Source: the human T2T-CHM13v2.0 reference genome, Homo sapiens. Taken from it: DNA of 64,000 nucleotides. The stretch lies in the NCBI RefSeq assembly GCF_009914755.1, contig NC_060939.1; one strand, given 5' to 3'. A program made the position numbers and the translations under genes. The notes below the pieces were generated by a model. It was not told where the DNA came from. It did no database searches and worked only from the letters and a program-made list of their open reading frames with translations. Below, in pieces: positions 49,065 through 64,000 of this stretch; positions within the stretch are counted from its first letter, which is position 1; each line of letters starts with the position of its first letter.

Positions 49065-50367
49065 CTACTAAGCTGCTGCATATTCTCTACTACAGGCAGA
49101 AATGGAGATACACCATCTTGGTTCTTGCATAAGCTGATAGCCAGATGAATCCTGCACGTCCAACAACCCTAATCACTGGGTTAAAGGCCAGAGACTACAC
49201 AATGCTAGGCTGAGGCTAGATGGGTCACTGAGGGCTTCTCTTTGTCCTTTAATCAGGGAGTAAGACCCAGTGTCCCAGGGAAAGATGGGGTCATATTTAG
49301 ATCAAGACAGAAGACAAGAAAGTATGGCATGCCAAGAAGAGGTCTGCAGCCAGCAGCCCTGAGCTGTAACCATGGCTCTAGCACTGCAGGGAGAGGCTTC
49401 CAAGCCTGTGGGGTGAGGTGTCTGCTGCCTGCCTGCCCTGTGGGGTGCTGGACTGACTGGAAGACAGAGACACCAGTGGAGCATGCACTGGTCACTGTCT
49501 CCATAACAAAAAAGGGCTTGCTTTAGGGCAAACTACTCACCTCTGTGCTTCACCTTCTCCATCTGTGAATGGGAGAGCTGGGTGGACTCAATCCTCAATG
49601 CCAATGTCTGACCCTGGTTTCCTGGGGTCATTTGAAGGGCCTCTCAAAAGAACAGATTTAAGGGGATGGCTGGAAGGTCATGAAGATAATGGCCAAGGGC
49701 ACCTGACCTCCCTCCAAACTCTTGCAGAGGCTCCCGCTCCCTCACCCCAACCAGAGGCCAGGGAACTAGGGGATGATGGTCAAGGAGGTGGGGGACGGGG
49801 TATGGAATGGACCAGGAGCACATGCCCCTCTCCTGGCTGCCCTGGAAAGTTGCCAGGGCAGTGATCCCATTCAGCCTTGCTCCCCTTGCTCCTGGAGCCC
49901 CTCTTCTGCCTGAGAGAAGGTGTTGGGGTGGGGCCTGCACTCCTGCAGGGCCACCTGGGTGGAGGCTGGCACAGAGGATGTGAGGCAGGGCAGGCCTGCA
50001 GCTTGAGTGGGGCGGCTCTGCTCCCTCCTCCTGATACCTTTGCAGGAGGCTTTATCCTCCCATTTTCCACCTTTCCCTTTCTCAGTCCCCTTCCGGCACT
50101 TGCCCTACTTCCCTCCTCTGACGGACTTAGCCTGGTTTCTCAGGGATATTTGCCCTCTGACAAAGAACTCAAGATCCAAAGGCTTTATTCCAGACCTCAG
50201 GAAATGGAGCTCTGCGGGGCACGTGTGGGCAGGGCAGGGTGGGGCGGAACGGTGGGCAGGAGGGAGGCCTGGATCACCCCCCAACCCCCGCTCCCACCCC
50301 TGTCCCAGAACTCTGGACCCCATGCGGCCTGCACTCTTACCTTGTACTGATCCCCAGGGACGCATCA

Positions 50368-51337
<970 letters not shown>

Positions 51338-53144
51338 CTAACTCCCTTTCAGAAGGGAAGGAACACTTTCAACTGTGATCAGGACTCAACACCTCTGGGG
51401 ATAACGAGCTGCTTTCTGGAAAGAGAGCAGGACAGGGAATCAGGACACAGGTGCTTCTGACCCCAGCCAGGAAGCCCTGATCTACTGAAGGCTCCTTAAC
51501 CCAAGTTCAGTCTAAACATGACTGCTCACTAAGGCCTTTCTGCAGAGGCCCTACACTGAGAAAAGCCCCCAGTCCAGCTGAGAGTGCCCTCTGGAATGGC
51601 TGCAGGGCTCCTCCTTCCCCGGCTCCTCCTCCACTCAGACCCAGGCCTGGGCCCTGCTCGCTAAAGCGTGAAGGAGGCCCCCCAGGGAAGCCGCAGGCGC
51701 AGGGGCTTTAAATTATAGAGCAGCTTTCTTAGCCCCTCTCAGAAAGGCCCAGGCACCTTCGCTAAATAATTCACGACCTCAGGAAGACCCACTGGTTCTT
51801 GACACAGATGAAGTAGGTCAGCCCTCGGCTTGGCCCTGGGTGGGGGCCACAGGACACAGAGCAGCTTTCCCACCAGCACAGGCAGGGGCTGAAGGCTGGG
51901 CGGCCTTGCCAGCTGGTCCGATACTGCAGCGAGGCAAGGGGCACAGCGCGGGAGACGAGTAACCCCGGACTCCTCTGGGCACGAACACAGCCACCCTCTG
52001 AGGTCCAGGTAACTCGCCCACAGACACCCAGGGTTACCTGCAGGGCCTGGTCCTGGCCAGGCTCCTCCTCCTCCTCCCTCAGAGCACCTGGGTCGCCAGC
52101 TGACGCATTCACCAGCACTGACATCTTAGACCCAAGCCGACCTGTGCAGGACTGGGATTCAGGAGACGGGGTAAGGCGGGGAGCGGTGACCTGAGGTGCA
52201 AGTGAGGAAGTGACCAGAGCCAGCCACAGCCACTTTAGTTTTGCTTAGAGCAAGGCTGGAGCAACACCTATTGGGAGGGGGGTTCCGGGGCCTCTGCTGT
52301 CCTCCCTTTCCAGGCACGGCTTTGGGTCTGAGGTGCGGTGCGGTGCAGAGCAGCTCTCCCAGGAGTGGATGAAAAAACAAACAGTTAAACCCTGAGTTCA
52401 GCACACCAGCCCTCCAGTAAGAGTCTGAAAGGATTTCAAGCAACCTCTTCACAGACAAGGAACCCGAGACCCCAAGTCACAAAAGGTAAGACTGAGGGCC
52501 ATGACGGGCATCCTGACACCTGGCCCAGGCCAGCCTGGGCTCTTGGCACTGCACAGCTTCCCTGAGCCTCACACCCATTTGCTCCCGCTCCAGGAATCAG
52601 AGTTGCAGCCCATAGACTACAGGGTGGATGAGGTTAACCCCTTCTGGGCAAGATTCCAGGTCCTAGCCTTCCCTCCAGCACAGCCTCACAAGAGGCACGC
52701 CAAGGACAGACACCACCTGGCAGAGCCCAACAGCCCAAACCTCAGTCCTCTTTTACCAGAGCGAGACTCAAAAAGACCACAGGCCGTAAATGGTTAAGCC
52801 GAGTATATCACCGCCTTCCCCCAGGAAGGTCCCACCTGGGGGCCTGCTCTTGGTGTAGGGAGTCTCTCCCTACCCTGACAGCCTGGAAACTGAGGAAGTA
52901 AAGCCACAACTGCCAGGCCCTTAGGCAAGTCACTTACCCTGGACTTTGTTTCCCCAGCTTACAAACCAGGGAGGCAGGAGAGGCTAAGTGAGCTCCAAGG
53001 TCCTCCCCCACCACCTTTACAGTCACAAGCCAGCTGCCAGCGGGCCAGGCCCACTTCACTTCCTTCCCCCGACTCCACATCTCTCTGGCTCTGCCTTCCC
53101 AATGGCAGTCTGCGTCCACGGAAGGGGGAAGCAAAGGCCGAGAG

Positions 53145-54257
53145 CAGTCATTTTGGTTTTGTTTTATTTTGCATTTCATATATTATCCAGTTTCACATTC
53201 TCACAGGATCAGCAATGACAACAGCCGCCTCATCTCCCAAGTCTGAAATGGCCAGACGGTCACAGCTGCGGCTGACAGTAAAGCACTGATATGCTCAAAA
53301 CAAAAAACATTGCACAGTGTTTCCTTCATTTCATTTTCTTAAACAAATGCCAGACACAAAGGCGTACTGCTGAAGAATGGAAACCCTTTTCTTCTTCATG
53401 CCTCAAACTAAACATTAAACTTATCTGACAGGGCGAACGAGGTCGCTTTAATAATTAATGGTACGCACATGAAAAATCCTTTATGATGCATAAATATTTT
53501 GTTACACAGGGTACAAAAATACTTCTCACGTTTTGGTTGGTTTCGAGGTTTGGAAAGAATGAGGAGCAGCGGCGGGCGGGGTGCGCTGTGGAGAGGTGAA
53601 CAGAACGGGCAGAGAGGGCTTTCTTACGACTGTTGGCCCATCCGAGAAGGCAGGAGCGGAGGAGCCCCATGTGAAATGAAAAAGCAAACCCCATCTATCT
53701 GTTGGGTGGAGGTGGGAGCTGAGCCTGGAAGCGTGTGGGGCCACGGAACTTGGGCCTCCCTGAAGCGGGGTGGGTGCAGGGGCGGGGCGAGGAGAGAGGG
53801 GCAGGCAGGATGAACCACTGGGAGCCAGGACCTGTCGCTATGGTGACAGTGTGAGAACAAACTGTACACTCATATATACAAGTATAAGTGTCTTAATTCA
53901 TGCCAGAAAACATGCAAAATTAAACACCTCACTTCCTCGAGGGGGAGCTACAGAAGCAAGTTTGGGCGGGAGGTCAGGCCTTGCCAGGTCCCAGTGAGGC
54001 CTCCGAGCTGGATCTGGGCGCCCCAGGGAGAAAGTCCCCAAATCCTCCTGGGAGGCATTGGAGAAAGGCTTGAGGGTGCAGAACAAGGTGAGGAAGAGGA
54101 GGGAGGGGAACAGGAAGCAGTCCACTGAGTCAGGCTTGGGATTCACAGTCTCTGGAGGGCAGCAGCTCTGTGCAGGCCGCCCGGGGGCAGTGGGAACTCG
54201 GGGCGCCTGTCCCGGCACCACCACAGATTACCAGAACCACCTCCCCGGTGACCAGAC
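53145..54257 (-). other. RBPMS2: RBPMS2 non-coding terminal exon (3' UTR)
   Basis: Acceptor ctctctccctccctccag|gtctgg at 54257; AATAAA at 53168-53163; ATTAAA at 53452-53447; Alu-free and AU-rich near its end. The end position is estimated. Confidence 0.8.
53163..53168 (-). terminator. RBPMS2: RBPMS2 polyadenylation signal AATAAA
   Basis: tttatt on + strand at the end of the AU-rich UTR. Confidence 0.7.
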
Positions 54258-54436
54258 CTGGAGGGAGGGAGAGAGGCGGCCGTGAGCAGAGGCGTGGGAC
54301 TAGAGCTAAAGCCAGGCCTGCTCTGGGCTCGGCTAAGCTCTTGAGACCCGGGGCAGAGGGAGGAACTATGGCCCTTCAGGGAGCCGGAGTCTAGGACACT
54401 TGTCCTGGGCCTCTGGGGCCAACACTTACTGAAAAA

Positions 54437-54499
54437 CTAACAGAACTGACGGTACTTCCATCCTTGCTGGGTGGTGTCAGAGGAAGGGTACCAGCGCAC
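54437..54499 (-). CDS. RBPMS2: RBPMS2 last coding exon (VRWYPSSDTTQQGWKYRQFC*)
   Basis: cttgcag|GTG CGC TGG...TTC TGT TAG ttttca|gtaagt; the exon extends to 54430; family C-terminal GWK.RQFC motif. Confidence 0.96.
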   Translation of the reverse strand: MRWYPSSDTTQQGWKYRQFC

Positions 54500-54980
54500 C
54501 TGCAAGAGAAGCCAACGTCAGGAGCCAGCTGTGCATCCCTTCCCTCAACAGGAAGCCAGGTAACCATGGCCATCGGTGTCCCCGCTGGAGTCCTGGTTCT
54601 GTCACTGATTGGCTGGCACATTTTGGGCCAGTTACTCACCTTTAAGCATCAGTTTCTCTATCCGGCAAGTGGGAGTGCACTGCCTGATGTGCCTCCTCTG
54701 CAGGACACAGGTTCCAGCGAAGGAAAGTCACGCAGGCGTCTCATACCCCAATCAGCCCAATCCAAATGGGCCACTATACTGGTGGGAGCCCTGGCAGCTG
54801 GGGGCAGTGGTGCCAGCAACCCGCCCTTCCCCTTTACTGACACAGCACGGAATTCCTAATTCTGTGGAGGAGGAGGAAAAGAATGAGCCTCATACATTTT
54901 TGTTTGACTTCTTTGGGTCTCAGTGTTCTCATCTAGCTATAGGACAGAAATGACGAAGTCATATGTGGTTGTGAGGATCA

Positions 54981-55584
<604 letters not shown>

Positions 55585-57079
55585 TCACAAGCCTCTAAGT
55601 CCAGAGGTCTATAACGTCAGGTGGGCGGCAGCTATCTGAGATCATCCTCACCAGTGCCTGGAAGTTGCCTAAACCCTGGCACTTGCCAGAAGGCCCCACA
55701 GAGCAGTAGCCCCAAAGCTGGGTTCCCAGAGACTGGTCAAGAAAATGGCACGTTCCCTCCTCCCTGTGGGCCAGTCATCTGGAAGGCAAGTATGCTGACT
55801 GCCAAGACCGCAGGGAAGGCCGCCTGCCCCAGTTATGCACGGTGAAGCATGTCTGTCCCAGCCTGACCCAGGACAGGGAAAGGGGTGTGGCGGGGGGAGC
55901 GGGACAACACAGGACCTTGAGTTGCGGTTGGGGGATGAGCATCCAGGGAGGGGAGCCGGAGTCCCCTCAGGAAGGGAAGGGGCAGCACATGAGCGTGTGG
56001 CAGGAAAGGAGTAGAAGCTGGGCCTGCAGACAGCTCCCTTGAGGTTGGAGCAGGCAGACCCAGTTACCCACTTGGCTGCTGGGAACTCCTGCTTCCTGGG
56101 TAAGCCATGCCAGGCCGTCTGGGGGCTGATGGAAGCTTCCTAAGAACCCGTTCCTATCCCCGCCAAATTCTAGGTGCTGTTTTGTACACTGCAGAATTCC
56201 AGCCACCACATCCCAGGAGCTCAGCGGGAAGTTAGAAACCTGGCTGGACACTAGCACTTATTCCACAAGAGAGGGACACACGAGGAAACGAGCAATGCTG
56301 CTATCAGAGAAGCCGGCGGCTGGCACCAGCTCAGGGAGCCCCTTAGTGGGCCCTGACCACTGCCCTTCATGTAGCCTCCGGCAGCCCCACAGCAAGGAAG
56401 TCCCGGACGGGCTGGGTGTCCCGCAGGGCCGGACAAGGGGAGAACATGGACGACAGAATGGAAGGAGCTCAGGAGGCCTGCAACCCAACCTCTTTCACCA
56501 CTGGGAAGCTAAGGCCTTGAATGACTGCCTAAGGCCGCCCTCAGCATATCTGCTGGATCCTGCCCTACACTCTCGCTACAAGGTGCTGGGATTCCTGCTT
56601 CCCAAGCAGCGACTTTCCCTCCAGCCTGAGGGACTCCTTGGGGAGAAAGTGGAGGAAAGCTCCCATATTTGGGCTTGGGACAGCTGTGCCACTGAAGCAG
56701 ACGGAATGCATTTAGAAGGGCTGCTTTTCCGCTTCCTCCGGGTGCCTGGCATAGGCCAGTGGCCTGGGTCCTCTAGAAGCCACACAATCCCTTCCTAGAG
56801 CTCTTCTTTCTGCTCCAGCTACAGGAGACCCCCAGGGGGCCAGGCCAGCAAGACAGGGCACCCGCAGTGTCCTTTCAGGGCCTCCAGTTGTGCCCAGGGG
56901 GAGGGGGGGCTCCTGAGAGTACCCCCCACAGGCTATAGTGACCAGGTTCCGAGAGGGCTGCTTCAAAACAAAGAGCGGAGGATGCAAACTCAGCCGTCTC
57001 TCAGATCCTGGGACTGACCAGTTGAGAAGATACACCGGAAAGCAAGCAACGGGATGAACCTACATAAGAATAAATATAA

Positions 57080-58375
<1,296 letters not shown>

Positions 58376-58574
58376 TAATATTTAAGTTTTTAAAAGATTA
58401 AATATGTATTGCAGTTTTTCTAAGATTCATACCTATAGATTTACTTATACACCTGCTCCAAACTACCTATCGAACTGAAGAATTAAAAGTACAGGTTTTC
58501 TGGGGATTGGATGATAAGCCAAAGGGAAGAGAACAAAAACTGCCTGTTTTTTTCCATAAATGCAGATATGCTAA

Positions 58575-58760
58575 TACAATAATAGCTCCTGCTCATGAAG
58601 CACCTCCCCTGTGCCCAATGCTGTTCTAGGTAGATTTCATATACTAAGTTCATTTAATCCTCACAAAAACCCTATGAAGTAGATGCTATTATCATCTCCA
58701 TGATACAGATAAGAAAATAGAGGCACGGGAGTTTATGTAACCTTAAGGTCACTGGTAAAT
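58575..58760. mobile_element. MIR SINE fragment
   Basis: catttaatcctcacaa.aaccctatga.gtag.tgctattatcatctcca...tacagat.agaaaa..gaggcac. Confidence 0.8.
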
Positions 58761-61678
58761 GGGTGAACCAGTTTAAGGGGGAGAAAAAAGCCATGGAAGA
58801 CCCGCATATCCTCAGGTTGGAACGTAAAATGAAATCCAGTCTGGGAGGACCGTGGGATGCAATAGGACGCTGAGAACCCTTGCTTTTAGGCCACCATCTT
58901 TCTATGCTGAACCCCACTGGGCCTGCCATCCACAGTTGCTTTTGTGCCTCACCCTCTTTAAGGGGAAGATTCTATCAAGAGGGTTAGAAGGCCAGGCAAG
59001 GTAGCCTCATGCCAAGACAGAGCAGGACCAAACAACCTCCAGGACCCCTCCTGCAGGTCTGGTCTCTGCAGCCACGTAGCTGTGGAGGCCTGGGCTCAGG
59101 CTGGGCTACTGGCAAAGGGCATGCAGCTGGGGTAGAGAACAGAGGTACTTGTTCTCATCACCTTGTCCTTCAGCTGCTACCTTCTCCTGAAGTCACCTCC
59201 TTGCCCCCAGGCACAGAAAAACTCAGTCCTTCTATTGGTCTTTTGGGTTCAAAACAATTCACTTAAGATCAACAGTGTCCATACTTCATTTAGACACTTT
59301 TATACCCTATCTCTGGGGCAGCACTGTCAGGGGGCAAGCAGTGGGGCTGTTGGAAGGAAAAAAATAAAATGTTCTTAGTCGGGAAACAGTAAAACAACCT
59401 GTTTTACTATTGAGGAAAGGGCTGCCCAGAGAGTTTGAGTAGCAAGGACAGAACTAATGACTCCCTGGTCTAATCTCTTCCCATTAGCCTGCCTCCCCAA
59501 AAACGCCACTATCCTTTGGGGTGGGTGGCCTCTATCCCAGTCCCCGTCCAAGGAAGGCCAGAAGGCAGGAACTCAGGCACAAAGAGGCCTCCAGCCTCAG
59601 AGAGGACCCAAGGGAACCCAGACAATAATGATATTAAATAACATCACAACCATCTGCACTTTCACAGCACTCCCTCCATGCCATCACGCGACTCCATGCC
59701 ATCATGCGAACAACACACCTATCAAGTAGGCATTATCATCACCATTTTACAGAAACACAGAGATGGTGGGTAACGTGCCCAATGTCCCACAGCTGTTGAG
59801 AACCAGGATTTGGGCCAGAGTTGGACAGCTGCAGAGTGTGGATGGGGTGGGAGAAAACTGGGAAGGAAGCCAACAGGAGGAAGGAAGCCCTGTGGCGTGG
59901 AGCTCAGGGCCAGAGAGCAGTGCCACCCCCACCTGGCTGGGCAGAGGTGCCCTCTCTGATTCATTTGACAAACTCATTGTCCCTGGCTCCCAACCTCTGT
60001 CACAGCCTAGCAATTCAGAGGATAGGGCAGAACCTCTCCACCTTATCTGGTCTATCCCTCTCATTTTACAGATGGGGACACAGAGGTGAGGATCATGTAG
60101 CCAATTGGTGCCAAAGCTGGGATCAGAGGTGAGAAGCCCAGTGAGGTGGGAGCCTGTGATTCCTTCCAGTGCCTCCCAGGGCCTTGCAGTTAAACATCCG
60201 CTTGACCTGAAGCATCAAGTCACTGCCCAGGTCAGGGTAGACAGGATGAGCTTCCCTGCTCCCCGCTCTATTCCAGCCACAGAACCCAGTTTGCAGTAAA
60301 TACCCAACAATTCCCTCCAGGGGAAGGTCTTTACCACCTTCCTTATCCTCTGATCAATTTTCAAGCTATTTGTGGTGCTCAGCTGGGGAAGAGCGCCAGG
60401 GTTAACCACAATTCTGCCCTCAGTACAACTGAACGTTGCGGAGCCAGGGAGCATTCCCCTGCTGGGGAAAACAGTTTGCTAGGGTAGCAGCCCCTGAATC
60501 TGAACTTTCCGCTTTGGAACTGGACAAACCCAGGTGTCACTGAGTCCCTGGAAGAACCTGAAAATGGACGTACACACAGCTCTCGGGCAGAGCACCCGAC
60601 TCCTCCCGCCTCAGCTCTGGCTCCTGTGAACCCTCCTTTCTGGCTTCTCCTGCTTTCCTTCCTCATCCCCTCCTGCTCCCCAGCCAGGTCCCAGCAACCT
60701 CAATTCTCTCCTTCGCAGCAGCACAGCACACCCTGGCCGGGCAGCTCTTCCTGGGGATTAGTGCTCATCACCTGGCTGGTTAAAGGTTGAGGTGGGCTCA
60801 AAAGTGCCCCCCAGCCCCTTCCTGTGGCTGCCTGGCTGCAACTTGTCACTGCCACTGTGAGGCACCCCACTGCTCCCCGACACACGCACAGTGGGATGAG
60901 ACCTCCCCTGCAGAGTGCTCCAGTGACCTGCACTTGTGGCCAAGTCAGACCAGAGGAAGCGCCTGCATGGCCAGGGGAAAGCCTGACTCCCTGCCTGCCC
61001 ATTGGGCACCCAGCCCAGCACCCCACACAGAGCCTTCCTGGCCCTGCTCTAACAGCCCCGACTCTCCCCAGAAGCATTCACTCCCTGTTTCCTGCCCGGC
61101 ACAGGTTCACAGTGGACAGCGTCCAGCCTTCATGGAAGCGAGAGCCAACACTCAGGGCGCTCTAGGTTACATCCTAGCACTCAGTAGTCACTTCGTCTTG
61201 ACATCTAACTTTCACAACAACCCTAAGGCAGATTATCTGATCATTCCCATTTTTCAGATGACTAAAAAAAAAAATCGAGGCACAGCAATCTGTAAGAGCT
61301 TGATGAAAGGGACAGGAAGGGGCAGAGGCAGATGGTCTGACTCCAGAGACCATACCCAGGTTAGGACTGGAATCATAGTCCCATCACCATGGGAGAACAT
61401 AGTCGGTGCCTGGGCAGGGGTGCTTGGGGCTGGGGAACCACAGCTGGGCTGCCTGGCATCCTCCATGGGAACTCGTGGGTTATCTTCTCCCTCCCTGTCA
61501 AATCCGAAACCCAAGGGGAGGACAAATAGGTCCCTGGGGTCTGGGCTTTCAAACCATCAAGGAAGACAAGAGTTCTGCTGCAGCTCTGGGACAGCAGCGG
61601 CCAAGTGGCCAGGCACATGCAAAGTCTGGCCAGCTAAGAGCCCTTGTTCTTCGCCCTCCCCAACCTTAAAGGGCTTAC

Positions 61679-61827
61679 CTGAGCGTGGAGGGCGGCGGCA
61701 GCGGCAGTGGCAGTTGGGTAGGTGAACGCAGCATGGGAGATGGCTGGGGTCAGCTCTGTGGTGTACAAAGGGTAGGGGGCCCAGGCCTCTGGGGATGCAG
61801 GGATCAGAGCAGCCCCCATCAGGTCAT
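61679..61827 (-). CDS. RBPMS2: RBPMS2 coding exon ([50 protein letters not shown])
   Basis: gttgtag|AT GAC CTG...GCT CAG|gtaagc; 149 nt, phase-compatible with its neighbours. Confidence 0.97.
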
Positions 61828-62259
61828 CTACAACAGGAGACAATGGCCTCCATCATCAGAACACTCGCCTCCCCTTCCAAACGGAGAAGGGGACCCAGCA
61901 CTATGGTTGAGCCATATGCCCCACACTGAGGCCAGACCACCCCCAACCACAGAGGACCCCGAGACCAGGCAAGGAAGCCACGTTAAATTGGCCTGTCATG
62001 GTGTGCATCCTGCCTGCTTTAAGACAGGCCTCAGCTCGTCTCAAATGAGAAATTAAAGAAGGTTGCAGGGAAGCTGGAAGCCCTGGCAGCTCAGAAATTC
62101 TAGGAAGGCTGCAGGGGAGGGAGGAAAACCAGGTGTTTCAAAAATGGGTGGCCGTGGACACAAAAAGCCTCCTGGAAAAGGGGCTTCCCTCTGCAAGAGC
62201 CTGCAAGTCTGCCCTGAATGCAACTCCATGAGGGCCTGCCAGCTCAGAGTGCCACTCAC

Positions 62260-62410
62260 AGGGGTCCCGTGCGATGAAGTGTGCTCCTAGGGCGGGGTGC
62301 ACGTTGCTGGGATTTGGAGTTGCCATTAGCTTGCTCTTGGCCATCTTGGTGTTGGCTTTGGCAAACTCTAGCCTCAGAGTCTGTGGATTTTCGGGATCAA
62401 AGCGAATACC
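62260..62410 (-). CDS. RBPMS2: RBPMS2 coding exon ([50 protein letters not shown])
   Basis: catgtag|GGT ATT CGC...CCC T|gtgagt; 151 nt; RBPMS-family motif [21 protein letters not shown]. Confidence 0.97.
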
Positions 62411-62690
62411 CTACATGGGTAGAGAAAAGAAGAGAAAGGCTTACTCCGGGGGACCCAGAGTGTTAATGGCAGAGAGTAGAGAAGGGCGCCATAAACAAGC
62501 TCGCCTCGAAGACCTGCCCACACGGTGGCTGAGGCAGAGGAAAGGCAGCTCAGGCCTTGAGTAATGGCCTTTGGCACAGACAGTGTCGCCAAGGACTCTG
62601 CCCAGGGATGGCCGGGAAATAAGATACATCTGCACACCCACTGCCTAAGAGGGCTGTGAGTCAGAGAAGACCTGTTCTCCACATACTCAC

Positions 62691-62753
62691 GTTCAGCGCA
62701 TTCTTGGCCGCTTCTGCTCCTGCACGGCTGTCAAAGATCACAAAACCAACAGG
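62691..62753 (-). CDS. RBPMS2: RBPMS2 coding exon ([21 protein letters not shown]), RNP1 of the RRM
   Basis: tttcctactag|CCT GTT GGT TTT...AAC|gtgagt; 63 nt. Confidence 0.96.
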
Positions 62754-63267
62754 CTAGTAGGAAAAAGAGAGAACACCCTTATATCTCTCCTAGCATTCCA
62801 CCTCTCCCTCCAAAATAACAACAAAAAAAGAGTATCATCTATGTGGAAACAGTATTTGCCCTGCTGATGAGAATACAAAAGGAAAAAAAGCCCCCCAAAA
62901 CTCCAGCCCACATCCTCCCTGTTCACTGGAACAGCAGTTTAACATGCACCAAAAGTCAAGTCTCCCTCCCCAGGAATATCCTGTGGGAAATGATGCCAAC
63001 AGAGCTTAATTCCACTGAATTAAACGTCGCCCTTTTAGTAAAAGTATTGTTTTTAATGCATGCAGATAACTAAAAGTAAGTCCCAGTGTTTTCCCCAGCA
63101 AGAAAGGGGACACCAATGTATCAAGGGCATGGGAAGACTCCGGTTCTATCAAGGAGCAATAGGTTGAAAACTGCTCCAACTTCATTTTCCCAAGGATCAG
63201 TCTAGACCCCAAATAGCCCCCAAAGGCTAGCGGGCCCTGGCCTCCTTGTATTAAAAGCTAGAGCTCA

Positions 63268-63329
63268 ATCGTGCCATTGCACTCCAGCCTGGGCAACAAG
63301 AGCAAAACTCCATCTCAAAAAAAAAAAAA
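63268..63329 (+). mobile_element. Heavily 5'-truncated Alu with TSD
   Basis: Alu 3' end plus A-tail flanked by aaaagctagagctca. Confidence 0.88.
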
Positions 63330-63602
63330 GCTAGAGCTCAGCTAACTGCTTTACTGTCCTCAGCCAGCGGGGCTCCCAGATTCCTAAGAAACAGACAGGG
63401 AGGACCAGGAGCTGGCTGGGCTCAGATGGCCAGTGAAGAGACAGTGGGACCTACAGAGGCTGCTCTGTCAGAAACAGGACAACAGGGAGCGCAAGTCTGT
63501 ACCGCCAGATGCCTCTAGATTAGGGAAGGGTTAACGGGCCCTTGTTTGAAGCTCAGCAGCCGGTCTGGGCTGGGAGGAAGAAAACCCTAGGAGAGAAATT
63601 AC

Positions 63603-63641
63603 CTGTCTTGCAGTGAGCTTGATCAGGGACCCTTCATACCC
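63603..63641 (-). CDS. RBPMS2: RBPMS2 coding exon (GYEGSLIKLTARQ), RRM domain
   Basis: ctccgcag|GGG TAT GAA...AGA CAG|gtaatt; 39 nt, phase 0. Confidence 0.95.
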
Positions 63642-64000
63642 CTGCGGAGAGAGGTGGCTGTTACCGTGGAAGGTCAGAAGCGTATGTTGTGCTAGCCCAG
63701 CGCTGCCACCTCATCAGCCCCCGCGTTCCCCTGAGTCATTCTCACACCCTTCTCCCTGTCAACATCAACCCACCCTGACCTCCGCCACTGCCAAACGTCC
63801 ACCGCCCTGCGTTCTGAATCACGCGGTCTAGCACATAGGGTGGGCATCACGCGGCAGCACTCATCACTTCAGGCAGAAATTCCCATTTGCTCCACTAACT
63901 AGTAACCCGAGAGCACAGACCTTACCTTTTAAGTTTTCTCATCTGCAAACTGAAAAGGCTACACTGAATCTCAAAGATTCTTTATATAACCACATATATT

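Noticed and set aside
51600-52400. GC-rich stretch with an AT-rich box and splice-like motifs downstream of RBPMS2 (possible promoter or lncRNA)
   Set aside because: CpG density is modest and the motifs do not form a coherent gene model from sequence alone.
61634-61678. Read-through C-terminus [14 protein letters not shown] for RBPMS2
   Set aside because: Simply the frame continuing past a strong CAG|GTAAGC donor; no nearby poly(A) signal noticed.
60787-61725. Longest ORF in the track (312 aa, + strand)
   Set aside because: Non-ATG start, antisense to an RBPMS2 intron, runs through MIR-like sequence, no recognisable domain; consistent with a chance ORF in GC-rich DNA.

Overview
Primate (very likely human, the OAZ2-RBPMS2 interval on 15q22) genomic DNA with two minus-strand protein-coding genes and an Alu-saturated intergenic region. 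The complete ornithine decarboxylase antizyme 2 gene (OAZ2) spans about 795-16500. It has 5 coding exons; ORF1 (32 aa) and ORF2 are joined by the programmed +1 ribosomal frameshift at UCC-UGA, which is followed by a 3' pseudoknot, giving a 189-aa product. The 3' part of RBPMS2 (five coding exons plus a non-coding last exon) spans about 53145-63641 and continues beyond the window. Almost all entries in the six-frame ORF track are Alu or microsatellite artefacts. The most notable unexplained structure is a 68/69-bp non-repeat inverted duplication in OAZ2 intron 3 that would base-pair over the branch-point/polypyrimidine region of the exon 4 acceptor, with a single A:C mismatch. Inverted Alus flank exons 2-3, and the exon phases would make an exon 2-3 circle an endless frameshift-gated ORF and exon 2-3 skipping a frameshift-independent ORF. 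Other observations are further short locally templated duplications (140-bp direct duplication, 95-bp inverted insert inside an Alu, an 8-nt duplication shared by two inverted AluY), a CGG-encoded poly-Arg uORF, a TCAC-dense tract upstream of the OAZ2 promoter, a 22-23-bp minisatellite, a 231-bp perfect purine/pyrimidine alternation and a divergent pair of CTCF-like motifs. Repeat coordinates and subfamily calls were made by eye and are approximate.
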